A stretch of DNA of 64,000 nucleotides from Chiloscyllium plagiosum (taxonomy: Eukaryota), in NCBI RefSeq assembly GCF_004010195.1, contig NC_057711.1, positions 125,298,042 through 125,362,041 on the forward strand, given 5' to 3'. Positions 38,557-50,867 of this stretch are shown here, piece after piece (the stretch's first letter is position 1; each line of letters opens with the position of its first letter). Under the pieces are notes generated by a model. It was given only the letters and a program-made list of their open reading frames with translations, had not been told where the DNA came from and made no database searches. A program made the position numbers and the translations under genes.

Positions 38557-38845
38557 ATTAGATTACCGACAGTGTGGAAACAGGCCCTTCGGCCCAACAA
38601 GTCCACACCGACCCTCCGAAGAGGGGCCCATCTAAACCCATTCCCATACATTTACCCCTGCACCTAACACAACGGGCAATTTAGCATGGCCAATTCACCT
38701 AACCTGCACATCTTTGGACTGTGGGAGGAAACCCACGCAGACACGGGGAGAATGTGCAAACTCCACACAGACAGTTGCCTGAGGTGGGAATTGAACCCGG
38801 GTCCCTGGCGCTGTGAGGCAGCAGTGCTAACCAACATGCCACCCA
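38557..38845 (-). mobile_element. HE1/V-SINE-type SINE
   Basis: gattagattac tail, then the reversed core and head gggaattgaacccgggtccctggcgctgtgaggcagcagtgctaacca. Confidence 0.9.
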
Positions 38846-39789
38846 TAAAGTCCAACATTGTGTGGATTACAACTTAGAATAAAGACACCCACTAATTTTT
38901 TTTTGATGAGCTAGGGCTTGTGTCAGATGGGTCATCTACACCCATCAACCACATGTATCGCAGTGCATTTTAACCCAGTATTCAAAAGTCAATACTTCAG
39001 TCATTGCTTACTGGTGCTGTTCAGAGTGAGGCTGAAACCCAATCCTTCTGACTCAGAGACACGAATGCTACCAGTGAGTTAATCATCAATCCATCAATTT
39101 GTGAGTAAATAATTGATGACAGGTGAATACTATAGTCAATACTCTTGTTAGAATCTCCAAGTACATTCAACACTTACATTTCCTCTTTAGCTCACTAAAG
39201 ATTTTTGAATAAAAACAAAAAAAATGGTCAGACAACCTATTGGATTTCATTAAGCCTAATTCTGTTGCATTCTACAAATAATACATCCACCAGAACTGTA
39301 TTTATTGGAGGCAATTTTTAATTTCAATCAGATTTAGCAAGGCATGCAAACCCTCCATCCATTTCCTTGCCTTGAGACACAAACTCGTTTCAGATTTGTT
39401 ATTTGTGTTTCATTACAATATTCATCTGGTATTCTGGCACTAATAAGGGATGTTACAGGAAGTTTGGTTTGGGATGAGGCCTGACCAAAATTGATTGGAG
39501 TCACAGACTCCAAATATTTGACTGTCTTATATTTGATGTGATGGTGAGACTTTGGCACTGGATTCAAAGGCAGCTTATTGAATCTTTCCCACCATGCAAT
39601 TAAATCATTGGCTACACCTCAACCACATTCTTCCTGCCTTAGATTCATATTCCTTTATTTATTTTCTTACTAAAAATCTGTCTTGAAAAGTTAAATTGAC
39701 CGAGTGTCTGCAGCCTATTGATAGAGCAAATATTATATTTATCATGCACTTTATGTGAAAATGTGATTCCTATTTACTTATTTTTAATA

Positions 39790-40680
39790 ATTTGTGGATT
39801 TTTGATATCATTGACAAGGTCAACATTTATTGTTTGTTCTGAATTCACTTGGGAAGGGAATAACGATGAGCCAAATTTCTGAAACACAGCAGTATATGTG
39901 CACTGTGATGTTCGTAGGAAGAGAGGAGTTCTAAATCTTTCATAAAACAATAGTGAAGGAATATCAATATAGTTCCAAGTCAGAATATTGATTCGTGGCT
40001 GTGTTCCCTGATGTCTGCTTTCCCTAAGGGCTGCTGTCCTATTACAGAACAACCTCAAATTTCTGAACGAGATAGGCGGGAATATGTTGTTCGGGCAACT
40101 GATTGTTCAGATAACTGATTGTTCAGAGAACGGATAACCATTTCATGGGATCCTGACATCTTGTCCGGATAATCCGAAATTCGGATAATTGACATTCGGA
40201 TAACCGAGGTTGTTCTGTACTGGTTAGATGTTGCGGGTTTGAAACTTCGGGTTGAAAGAATTTTGATGTGTTTCTTCAGCATATCTCATGCATAATGCAC
40301 CTCTCAGCCACTGTGTTAGTGTTGCAAAGTGTAAAGGTTTAAGGTGATAGAATGGTGTGTGAGAAAAGTGAGCATTTTTTTGAATGGTGCCTAGCCTCTT
40401 GAGAGATATGGGAACTGCAGTCATCAGACTAGAGAATATTCTATCATGCTCCCGACTAGATGGGGGCAGGCTTTGAAGAGTCAGAAGATAATTTACCCAC
40501 TATTCAATTCCCAATGTCTGACTGTCACATTATTTGGAGAGCTGGGACAATCCAATTTCTGGTCAGTTATAATCCTCAGCATATTAAAGAGGGGATTCCA
40601 TGATTGTATCCCTACTGAATGTCAAGGAGAATGGTTAGATTTACCCTTGTTGCCTGGCATATTGCCTGGCAGTACGATTC
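39790..40680 (-). mobile_element. Decayed LINE family A 3' part, interrupted by a MITE
   Basis: aatagtgaaggaatatcaatatagttccaagtcagaat matches the family tail seen at 415-645 and 9540-9660. Confidence 0.6.
40045..40217. mobile_element. Tc1/mariner-pogo MITE, 173 bp
   Basis: TA|cagaacaacctc ... gaggttgttctg|TA: perfect 12-bp TIR, with repeated ttc(a/g)gataa motifs inside. Confidence 0.9.
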
Positions 40681-41139
40681 ACAGCTGAATAGTCTAGTTC
40701 TAATGGTAAGTTTGTGCACCTTTCTTATGGATGCCTCCAACAAAGAAGATCGTTCTTCTGTATCCACCCTGTCAAAGACTTTTTATTAGTTCAAAAAATA
40801 AATCATATCATTGCTCAACTTTCTAAAATCATGTGTCTGCAATCTGTCCACAAAGTATAAGTCTTTATGCTCTGGTATCATTCTGATGAATTTGAACCAT
40901 ACCAAGAGTAAATATGTCCTTCTGAGGAGCACACAATAGACATCATGAGAAGAGAGCTGTGTTCCAGCTTTGCAGATAACAAGATTGGTGGATGTGGGGA
41001 TATGGTCAGCAGTTTTAACTTTCACTTCCTTCCTGGTGGGATATTCCTGCATGATGATATATTCTCCTGCTACTATTTAGCTCTATCCATTGTACCTCTG
41101 TGATGAAGCTACAATTTAATGATAAGGATCACCACTCCT

Positions 41140-41250
41140 CTTATACTCCACAGCTACCCAATGAAGAAGCAGCAGTCTGAAAGCTAGTGCTTCCAAATAA
41201 ACCTAATGGACTATAACCTGGTGTTGTATGATTTAACTTTGTACTCCCCA
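41140..41250 (+). mobile_element. Third copy of the 10549/27407 mini-PLE family, core decayed
   Basis: ccaatgaagaagcagcagtctgaaagctagtgcttccaaataaacct...ggactataacctggtgttg. Confidence 0.75.
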
Positions 41251-42099
41251 GAACAAACACTGTTTTCTGTTGCCTTTCTGAGCTACAGCTCAACAGTTTG
41301 TGATTTGGATGAGTTCCTGAACACAAGTCGGCAGTAGCAGGAGAAGCTGGGAAGAAAGGCAGAGGAATGTCCACACAGATAATGGGTTTTACCATCATAA
41401 ACTTATCATATTGAATTTCACTCTTGTAACAGGGTTGGTGCTGCAACAGTACCCTTTCCTCAGACTGTCCATCAAGAACCCTTAGCTGAAATTTCTTTTA
41501 TACATTGGGGCTAAGAATAGAGATAGAGGGCAGTGTGTTGATAGTTTACTGTTGTCCACTGGGTCAAGGCACTGGCCAAATGCTTGGAGGGAGAAACAAA
41601 CAGCAATATTGTACTTGGGAATGCTTCCAATTTTACGTATGTTCTATGTAAGGCCTCAACAGTAGCTTTAGCCTAGCCCCCACTGAAAGACTCCCCATCG
41701 CCTTCACATTCAACATCTCCAGCACTGAACAGTCTCCCCTCACTGGACCCTGCACTACTGTCACCAGTAAGCCTCAATGCCATTTACCTAATTCCTGGTC
41801 TCCGCTGTATTGCCTCACTCAGGGCTGTCTGTGGCCGTGGTTTCCTGAGGCACTGCAGGGAATGCAGAGCTGCCAGTCTGCTGATTAGTTGGCTGGTCTT
41901 CGAAGTGGGATAAACTGCTGCAGAGAGGCAGGAGAGAAACTGTAGGCATTTCATTTCCTGAACAACTGTAGCTTAATGATGGGGTTTCCAGGGCAGGAGG
42001 ATTTGGGCTCATCCCCATTTTCTAGGTGGTGGACAGGGCCTTCGGCTACAAATAAAAACCCAGCCTTTAATGCTGTGCATCTGTTTCCTCTACTATTGT

Positions 42100-42373
42100 G
42101 GGGTGGCATGGTGGCTCAGTTGTTAGCACTGCTGCTTCACGGGACCAGGGTTCAATTCCAGCCTTGGAGTCTGTGTGGAGTTTGCATATTCTCCCCATGT
42201 TTGCGTGGGTTTCCCCCTATAGTCCAACGATGTGCAGGTCAGGTGAATTGGCTGTGCTCAATTGCTCATAGTGTTAGGTGCATTAGTCAGAGGGAAATGG
42301 GTTACTCTTCAGAGGGTTGGTGTGGACTTTTTGGGCCGAAGGGCTGTTTCACACTATAGGGAAACTAATCTAA
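42100..42373 (+). mobile_element. HE1/V-SINE-type SINE
   Basis: ggtggctcagttgttagcactgctgc...gggttcaattcc...tgtgtggagtttgc...ctaatctaa. Confidence 0.9.
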
Positions 42374-43374
42374 TACTCTCAAAACTGTTGTAAATTTAAC
42401 TATTAGCTGGAAAAAGAATAACATAAAAGCATTATTTTTTCACTTTTATTGTTGTTACTAAGGGAATGGTTTTGATAAATATCATTTTTCTTGCTAGATT
42501 CTTGCTTAGCATCAGCCTTGACCATTGTTTGATAAATAGATGAAGTCTCTCTGTCTATATTAGGTATATTTATTTAATGGTCCCGATCTTGGTCTGATAA
42601 GTTACGACCAACCTGTGCATTTTTTCTCCTTTGGCTGGGATGTTTAGTGATCACAGCTTCCTTGAGCTTGACATTTGAATCTTATCTTCCTTACTTTGTG
42701 GATGACTATGACATGAGTCACTGTTGTAACAAGTGAGATTTTCACTAACATGAAAACGATCTGGCATATTGACAAAAAACTCAGGAAAAAAACATTGACT
42801 TGCATGATTTTTTCAGTAAAAACGTTCATCAAAAGGATTAAGTTGGCAAGGGCATTGATTAAACACTTAAATTATGAAATAATGGAGAAACTCAGAATTG
42901 TTACTGTGCTGAAGGAGCCCATTTGGCCCATTGGGTCTGTACCAATCTCTCTGAACAAACATTATGACTTGGTTTTTCCTCATAACCCTGTACATTGTTT
43001 CTCTCTGTTGTGGTTCTGTTCACCGAGCTGGGAATTTGTGTTGCAGACGTTTCATCCCCTATCTAGGTGGCATCCTCAGTGCTTGGGAGCCTCCTGTGAA
43101 GCGCTTCTGTGATGTTTCCTCCGGCATTTATAGTGATTTGTATCTGCCGCTTCCGGTTGTCAGTTTCAGCTGTCCGCTGCAGTGGCCGGTATATTGGGTC
43201 CAGGTCGATGTGCTTATTGATTGAATATGTGGATGAGTGCCATGCCTCTAGGAATTCCCTGGCTGTTCTCTGTTTGGCTTGTCCTATAATAGTAGTGTTG
43301 TCCCAGTCAAACTCATGTTGCTTGGCATCTGAGTGTGTGACTACTAAGGATAGCTGGTCATGTCGTTTCGTGGC

Positions 43375-43845
43375 NNNNNNNNNNNNNNNNNNNNNNNNNN
43401 NNNNNNNNNNNNNNNNNNNNNNNNNNNNNNNNNNNNNNNNNNNNNNNNNNNNNNNNNNNNNNNNNNNNNNNNNNNNNNNNNNNNNNNNNNNNNNNNNNNN
43501 NNNNNNNNNNNNNNNNNNNNNNNNNNNNNNNNNNNNNNNNNNNNNNNNNNNNNNNNNNNNNNNNNNNNNNNNNNNNNNNNNNNNNNNNNNNNNNNNNNNN
43601 NNNNNNNNNNNNNNNNNNNNNNNNNNNNNNNNNNNNNNNNNNNNNNNNNNNNNNNNNNNNNNNNNNNNNNNNNNNNNNNNNNNNNNNNNNNNNNNNNNNN
43701 NNNNNNNNNNNNNNNNNNNNNNNNNNNNNNNNNNNNNNNNNNNNNNNNNNNNNNNNNNNNNNNNNNNNNNNNNNNNNNNNNNNNNNNNNNNNNNNNNNNN
43801 NNNNNNNNNNNNNNNNNNNNNNNNNNNNNNNNNNNNNNNNNNNNN
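43375..43845. other. Assembly gap (N run)
   Basis: Run of N inside the PLE. Confidence 1.
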
Positions 43846-43898
43846 CACTATAAATGCCGGAGGAAACATCACAGAAGCGCTTCACAGGAGGTTCCCAA

Positions 43899-43939
43899 GC
43901 ACTGAGGATGTCACCTAGATAGGGGGACGAAACGTCTGC
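43899..43939 (+). ncRNA. Minimal type-I hammerhead ribozyme motif in the PLE terminal repeat
   Basis: gca-CTGAGGA-t-gtcacc-tagatag-ggggac-GAAAC-GTC-tgc. A mirror copy lies on the minus strand at about 43042-43082. Confidence 0.75.
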
Positions 43940-44339
43940 AACACAAATTCCCAGCTCGGCGAACAGAACCACAACAGCGAGCATCCGAGCTACAAATCTT
44001 CTCCCAAACATTGTTTCTCTCAAATCATTATTTAATTGTCTCTTGAATGCCTAAATTGAAGTGGGCTCCACCACACCGCCAGGCACTTGCTGTGTGATAA
44101 TGCTTTATTCTCACATCACATTTGCTTCTTTTATAAATCTCATTGAATCTGTGCGCTCTTGTTCTCAATCCTTAGGAACAGTGCCGCCATTCAATGGAGC
44201 CATGGTCCTTATCATTATCATTGCATCTTTGTCACAGAGGTGTAACAGGTAGGTGTAAGCAATGATGGAAAGCAATATGCCACCAGGCTGACTGTGTCAG
44301 AGAGAAAGTGAAATTTAAAATTGCTGACCATATCCCTAT

Positions 44340-44534
44340 CGAGACAAAAAAAACTGATGATGCTGGAATCCAAAGGAGACAAGCAGGAGGCTGGAAGAAC
44401 ACACCAAGCCAGGCAACAACAGGAGGTGGAGAAGTCAACAGTTCATGTAAAACGCTTCTTCAGGGACCAAAACACAGGTGACTTCTCCACCTCTTGATGC
44501 TGCCCGGCTTGCTGTATTCTTCCAGCCTCTTGCT
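44340..44534. mobile_element. Fold-back mini-PLE with a perfect 15-bp TSD
   Basis: caagcaggaggctggaagaacac...ggaggtggagaagtca pairs with tgacttctccacctc...tattcttccagcctcttgcttg. tgaccatatccctat occurs at 44325-44339 and 44535-44549. Confidence 0.85.
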
Positions 44535-45427
44535 TGACCATATCCCTATATCCAGACCCTTTTGTGATATTGATAACTTCCATTAATTCTCCTCTTAGGC
44601 TTCTCCTCTCCAAATGAAACAGTTCCAACTTCTACAATCTATCTTAATAAATGAAGTTTCTCATTCATGGAATCATTCTTAGAAAACCTATTCTATACTC
44701 TATCCAATGCATTCACATCCTTCATGAAGAGTGACATGCAGAACTATGCACCATAGTCCAGCTGAGGTCTCACTTGTGTCTTATACAAATTCAGCATAAC
44801 CTCCACCATGTTTCTTAAGACCTAGGATATTAAATGCTTTATTAACTGCTCTTTACAACTGTCCTGCCACCTTTAATTACTCATGTCCACATATTTACAA
44901 AATAGTGAATAGGAAGGAATCATGGCTGTTAGAGCTGCTCCTCTTTTTGATGCTTGTTTCAGTGCTTAAGCTGATTTCCTGGAGTAGTAATTCCTACTTT
45001 TATAAGCTTTTCTATTGTTTTTGTAAGGTTTTGTTTCATTTTTAGAACTTTAAAAAAAAGGTCAAAAACAATGATACTTTAAACGGGAGGAAAGAAAGAA
45101 TGGAGACGTTAACTGGGAGAGTTCACATGAGAGGTCTGAGGCTGGCTTTTAATTTCATTTTAAAAAATTGAGCAGTGAACATTCACAGCTGACTGACCGA
45201 ACAGTGAGCCTTCACAACTGTCTGACTGTGAAGTATCAAGCATTTTTGAAAATCAGAATTTAGTTCAAGAAAAATAAACAAACAGTAACATTCATAGTAG
45301 AGCTTGGAGAAAATCATTATCGAAACTACTCACAGCTGGGCGTGTCAGGATTTCATTGATCAACTAAATGTTTGTTTTTAAGACTTATAAAACTTGTAAT
45401 TCTTATTTTCTTTGTAAATAGTGAGTA

Positions 45428-45595
45428 TTTAGCATGGCCAATCCACCTAACCTGCATATCTTTGCACTGTGGGAGAAAACCTCAGAGATATAGGGAGAAT
45501 GTGCAAACTCCAGACAGTCACCCAAGGCTGGAATTGAACCCTATTCCCTGGTGCTGTGAGGCAGTAGTGCTAACCACTGAGCCACTAAGGCCACA
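45428..45595 (-). mobile_element. Truncated HE1/V-SINE-type SINE
   Basis: Reversed head ggaattgaacc...tgtgaggcagtagtgctaaccactgagcca. Confidence 0.85.
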
Positions 45596-45599
45596 GATG

Positions 45600-46480
45600 A
45601 CATAAAGGTCAGCCGGGTGAGGAGGAAGGTCTTAGATTTTAGGAAGATACAGATGGATTGACAAGATGGGCAGATTAGTGGCAGATGGAATTTAACCTTG
45701 ATAAATGTGAGGTGATCCATGTTGGAAGAAGTACCACAACAAGGGAGAACTCAATGAATAACAGGGCACCAGGAAACTCTGAAATGCTCATATTAAGATT
45801 TACAGAAACTCAGAGGAACTGACGGATCTTGGAGTGCTTGCCCAAAGATTCCTGAAGGTGACTAGATAGGGTTATAGGGTAGTTAGGAGAGATTACAGGG
45901 CACTCAGTCAAGGTATAAATAATAAGAGCAAGGAGATTATGTTAGAGTTGTATAGAACTTTGATTAGGCCACAGCTGAAGTACTATTTGTAATTCTGGCA
46001 TTCACATGAGAGGAAGTGTGTGCTTGCACTTGCACTGGAGGGGATGCAGGCAAGATTCACCAGGATGTTGCCTGAGATTTTCAGCTAGGAAGAGAGTCTG
46101 GATAAGCTCAGATAGTTTTTTGGAGTGCATAAGGTTGAGGGGTTACCTGATAGAGGTGTTTAAGATTGTAAAGGGTATGGGTGGAAAGAAGATGAAGAGA
46201 AAGCAGCTGTTCCCCTTGGCTGAAAGGTCAAGAGCAAGAGGACACATTTTCAAAGTGAAAGGCAGGAGCCTTAGAGAGGATTTGAGGAAGAAATAATTTT
46301 ACCCAGGGGAAGAGAATGGTCTGAGATGGGTAACCTCACAACCTTCAGAAAGTACTTAGGCGAACTCTTGGGGTGTCGTAAACTTCAAGGCTGTGGGTCC
46401 AGTGCAGAAAAATGGAACTAGTGTACGTAGTAGTATGTTTTTGACAGAATAGACTAGATGGGTAGAAGAACCCCCTCTAT
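45600..46480 (+). mobile_element. CR1 3' region
   Basis: WQMEFNLDKCEVIH, LYRTLIRPQLKY and RLRGYLIEVFKIVKG...RARGHIFKVKG. Confidence 0.85.
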
Positions 46481-47190
46481 ATTATTTGAGTCTGCTCTAC
46501 TATACTGTAGTCCACTCTCTGCTCACAATGGGGAGATGAAATGTAATCTGGGTGACTGTTTGGACGACATCTCCTCTTTACCCATAAAAACAACCCTGAG
46601 TGTCCAGTTGCCTGCCACTTCAACAGGGCACCATCTTCCCATCCCAACAGTTCTGTCTCAGGCCTCCAGCAAAGCTCAATGCAAGCTGGTGGGAACAACC
46701 CCTCAACTTCCACCTAGGTATGTTACAGCCCACAGTGTTTAACATTGGGTTTACTAATTTCAGAGTGCCAATACCTTCATCCATGTTTGTTACCCACCCC
46801 CACATCCCAGGTCCTGTTCTGTTTGGGTTGCTTCCAGCATCGTCAACCCATTTGCGGCTCCTTATAATTCCTGTTAGCATCCGTTCACTGTTGATGTCTC
46901 ACCGATTTATTTTCAGTCGTCCCTTTGTCGACTTTGCTTTTTTTTTTATCTCTGTTCTGGGCACTGTTTCCATCTATTTAAACCACATTTTCCCTTGCCC
47001 CATCCTCCTAAACCCCAATCCCTATCATGAGCATGAATCCCACCAGCTCCAGATCCTCTTAATTCTGAAGAAGGTCACTGGACCTGAAGCAGACACTTTG
47101 CTTTTCTCCCAACAGATGCTGCCAGACCTGCTGAATTCTTTCAGTATTTTCTGATTTTGTCTCAGTCCCCAGCATCCACAGTAATTGTTT
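46480..47190 (+). mobile_element. PLE GIY-YIG relic plus 3' end with decayed hammerhead
   Basis: LLYC...NGEMKCNLGDCL, and ctgaagaaggtcactggacctgaagc at about 47065-47090 followed by the family terminus. Confidence 0.7.
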
Positions 47191-48009
47191 CATTATAACT
47201 ACCCTGTCTTGTCTGTATGCTAAGAACAGTCTTCTTTTTCCCTTTGTTCTTTGTCTCATAGAGTTTGCTAATGTGAAAGGAAGCTCACCATCTTCTGCTT
47301 GCTAAGGATTGTATTCTACCCCTTTGGGCATTCAATGTTAGACCTTATTTCCACAAGTCTTATGTCAATCATTTATTCAAATGACCATCAGCAAGGGACA
47401 GATATTCAATATTTCCTATTTCTGTCAGAAGCCAGCAATGTAATTTTAAATCCATCATTTAATAAGATGACCTCCTTAGCTCTCAGAAACTTGGTTTAAA
47501 TTAAGTGAAGATGCTATGTTTCCAACCTTTTGTGAAGTTTACCAGTGTTTGTTTCAGAGCCTGTACGAGAGGCAGATCCTCACAGAGGTAACAATCTTTG
47601 ATTTGCTGTGTTTTTCAATCCAGGAACCTACTTTTATGTTTGTTGTTTTATTTTATGAAAAGAGAGAGCTACTTCTATTATGTTAAAGGAAAACTTATTG
47701 TACTTTTATGAAGTTATTATATGATGATTTCTTACAGGGTTATCACTGGATAGTCCTGGATGACACAATTTCAGCACTTAGCTGGTATCATTGTTCACAG
47801 ATTTCAGGGACATTGTTATCACTCAAATATGTTGATAAGTCGAATCTGTAGAAGTATAAGAAGTGATTGAAATAATTTCCCTATTTCCACACTTCTATCC
47901 CTAATGATCATATTCCCTCCCTTTTCAGACTCCCTTTATCCTCTTCAAAACTCCTTCTTCAATGTAGATGTAGTTATATCTTATACATATATATTAGATT
48001 CAATGAAGA

Positions 48010-48630
48010 TAGAAGAAAAGAGACTGAGGGTTCACGTAGACAAATCTTTGAAGATTGTAAAGTAAGGAGATAAAACCGTTCACAAAAAAAACCTTATATT
48101 TAAAGGTACAGAGTACCAAAACATATTACTGGTTAGCCTTCATTTAAAGTATTGTGCCCAGTTCTGCCAACAAATGTTAGAAAAGATGTCAAGACAGTGG
48201 AGTGGGAAAAGGGGTTTTGCCTTTTTGGGAGTAGGGGATGAAGGGATGGTTATCTAGAAAGACCAGAATAGCTAGGATTGTACCCTTATCAGAAAAGAAG
48301 GTAAAGCTAAAGGTCTCAAATACTTGAAATGCTTCCATGAACTAGATAGGAGCAGCTCACAAGAGAAACAGTAACCAAAGGTAATGTTTTAAATAATTTG
48401 CAATAACAAAAGAGGAATTAAGGAGAAGTTTACCTTTCACAGAGTGTTTACTATAATCGAGAATGCACTGCTTGAAAGATGGTGGCTGCAGGTTCAAGAT
48501 TAACTTTCGATAGGAAGTCATTTTACAGATATGGTCATTTAGGAAAATTTGTCAGGTCTACAGAGAAAGAATAGGGCTAATAAGTAGTTCTTTCAAAAAG
48601 CCAAGAAAGTGGACTTCCTCCTATGTCTTT
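48010..48630 (+). mobile_element. Highly decayed CR1 3' region
   Basis: ctggttagccttcatttaaagtattgtgcccagttctg gives LVxxHLxYCAQF; ttcacagagtgtt...gaatgcactgc follows. Confidence 0.6.
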
Positions 48631-50867
48631 TCGCATTATAAGTATGGGATGAGGAAGAACACACCTACTCCTTATACCTTCAACTAAATAAATGCTAAAC
48701 CCTATCTTGTAAATCACAAGTGAATTTAAGATTCAGTTTTGCTAAGTGTGGAACAAACCAATCTTATTGTGGGAAGCACAAAAAGGAATTTCAATCTTTT
48801 TAAATGCACGAGTGGATAAAATACTTTTTTATTCTTTCCCAACAGAGTCAATGTTCTTCACACCAGTGAACTGCTCCCCTTCATTAAAGCACATTCACCC
48901 ATGTGGCTATTAGTTGGACATAACCAAATTTATTGTTTACTAAATTTCACCTGACATTCCTCAGAATAAGCTTTTATTTTTCCAGACTCTTGATTGATCC
49001 TGGAATATGTCTTTAAACGTGTCAGTGTTATCTTCCAAATTATCCATGAACAGAACATACAGCTGGAGATTTAGAAAATCCTCTGGCGTTTTGCTGGCTT
49101 GTGCTTCATAGTCATGGCCTTTTTCAATAAATCATCACCTTCTTTCATCAATTACTGAGAAAAGTTTCATTCCACCTAATATGTTTATCATTATATCTTT
49201 GTTTTCTTTTTCATCTTCTTTGGAAAGCTACAATATGGTTTCAACAAAAAACCTTTTGAAAATCTGAGCATTTTATCATCTGCTCAACCATTACCTTGCT
49301 GATCTGATCAAAATGCAGCAGTAGTTTCACAAGGCATATCCCTTTACTTTTAAATCTGCATTGATGGTCCCTAATGACCTGTGGGCTCTGTAAATGAACA
49401 GTAATTGCAATATAATATTATTTACTTTGCAATTGTTGTTAAAATAACTAATCCATAACTTATTGTACTTACAAAAGTTATGAAAATCTTACCTATTTCA
49501 ATTCTGTTTGATTGTCTCAGGATGCTTTATTTGCAGCTCAGGTGTTAAGCACATAATTAGGGTTCAAATAATTATTGGATTTGATTGCAAAAGGATGATG
49601 GGAAATGAAAAGTTTTAGTTTTGGTTTCAATGTTTTTAACTTTACAAAACACTTTCATTTAAATCAGTTTAATTGACAGAATTGGTTCCTTGTTAGGCAC
49701 GGAACATTCTGAAGGAAATATAGCCTCAGGAAGAATGTAGAACATTGCAGCACAGGAACAGGCCCTTCGGCCTACCATGTGCATGCCAATCATAATGTCA
49801 TTCTAAACTAATTCCACCTGCCTGCAAATAGTCTTTATCCCTCTATTTCCGGCCTGTTCATGTACCGATCTAAATGCCTTTCAAATGTTCCAATCATATC
49901 TGTTTTTGTCACCTACTCTGACAAGATATCTCCCACCCTCTGTGGAAAGAACTTGCCTTGACATCTCCTTTAAACTTGTCCCCTCTCACCTTCAACCTAT
50001 CCCCTCTAGTCTTTGACAATTCCACCCTGGGCAAAAGACTCCAACTATCCGTGCCTCTCATAATTTTACCACCTTCCCGTATGCCTTCTTTACCACCTTA
50101 TCCACTCATGTTGCCACTTTCAGAGAGCTATGAACTTTCATCCCATGACCTTTCTGTATATCAAAGGTCCTGCCATTTACTGTACAGTTTCCTCTTGCAT
50201 TTGATCTCTCAAAATGCATCAACTCACACTTGTCTGGATTAAACTCCATCTATCATTTCTCCACCCAACTATCCAACTGATCTGTATCCTACTACATTCC
50301 TTAACAACCTGGCTCATTATCCACAACTCCACCAATTTTCATGTTGTCTGTAAACTTACTAATAAGACCAACTATATTTTCACCCAAATCAGTGTACATT
50401 ACAAACAACAGAGGTCCCAGCACTGATCATTGTGCAACACCACTGCTCAAAAACCTCCAGTCAAAAAAAACCCTCCACAACTACCCTCTACCTTCCATGA
50501 CCAAGCCAATTTTGTTTCCAATTTATCAACTTGCTATAGTCAATTTTCACCAAACGTAAGTAAATCTTGTCCCTGAGAAACTTCTCCCATACATTCCTAC
50601 CACTTATGTAAGGCTCACTGACTTATAATTTCTGAGATTATCCCTGTTTCCCTTTTTAAGAAAAGGAACAACAATGGCTATGGCCACTCTCCAGTCTTCT
50701 GGGACCTCACCTGCATCAAAAGAGAACACAAACATCTCTTCCAAGGCTCCATGCCTGCCTCAGTATCCAGGGTAGATCCCATTAGGCCGATCAGGGGACT
50801 AGTCTATCTTATTTTTTCCAGGACACTTAAAACCATTTACTTCTTAATATTGACATACCATGGAATG

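Larger units (their letters stand above)
43006..44007. mobile_element. Young Penelope-like element with inverted ends and a 14-bp TSD
   Basis: Minus strand HEFDWDNTTIIGQAKQRTAREFLEAWHS...SINKHIDLDPIY is a PLE GIY-YIG C-terminus. 43006-43134 is mirrored at 43846-43975. acattgtttctctc occurs at 42992-43005 and 44008-44021. Confidence 0.92.
42910..44890 (-). mobile_element. Old CR1 3' region hosting two PLE insertions
   Basis: ELFHLERRSLRGELMEVINITKG (44628 downward) and LYKTQVRPQLDYGA near 44790; the sequence rejoins across the two TSDs. Confidence 0.75.
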
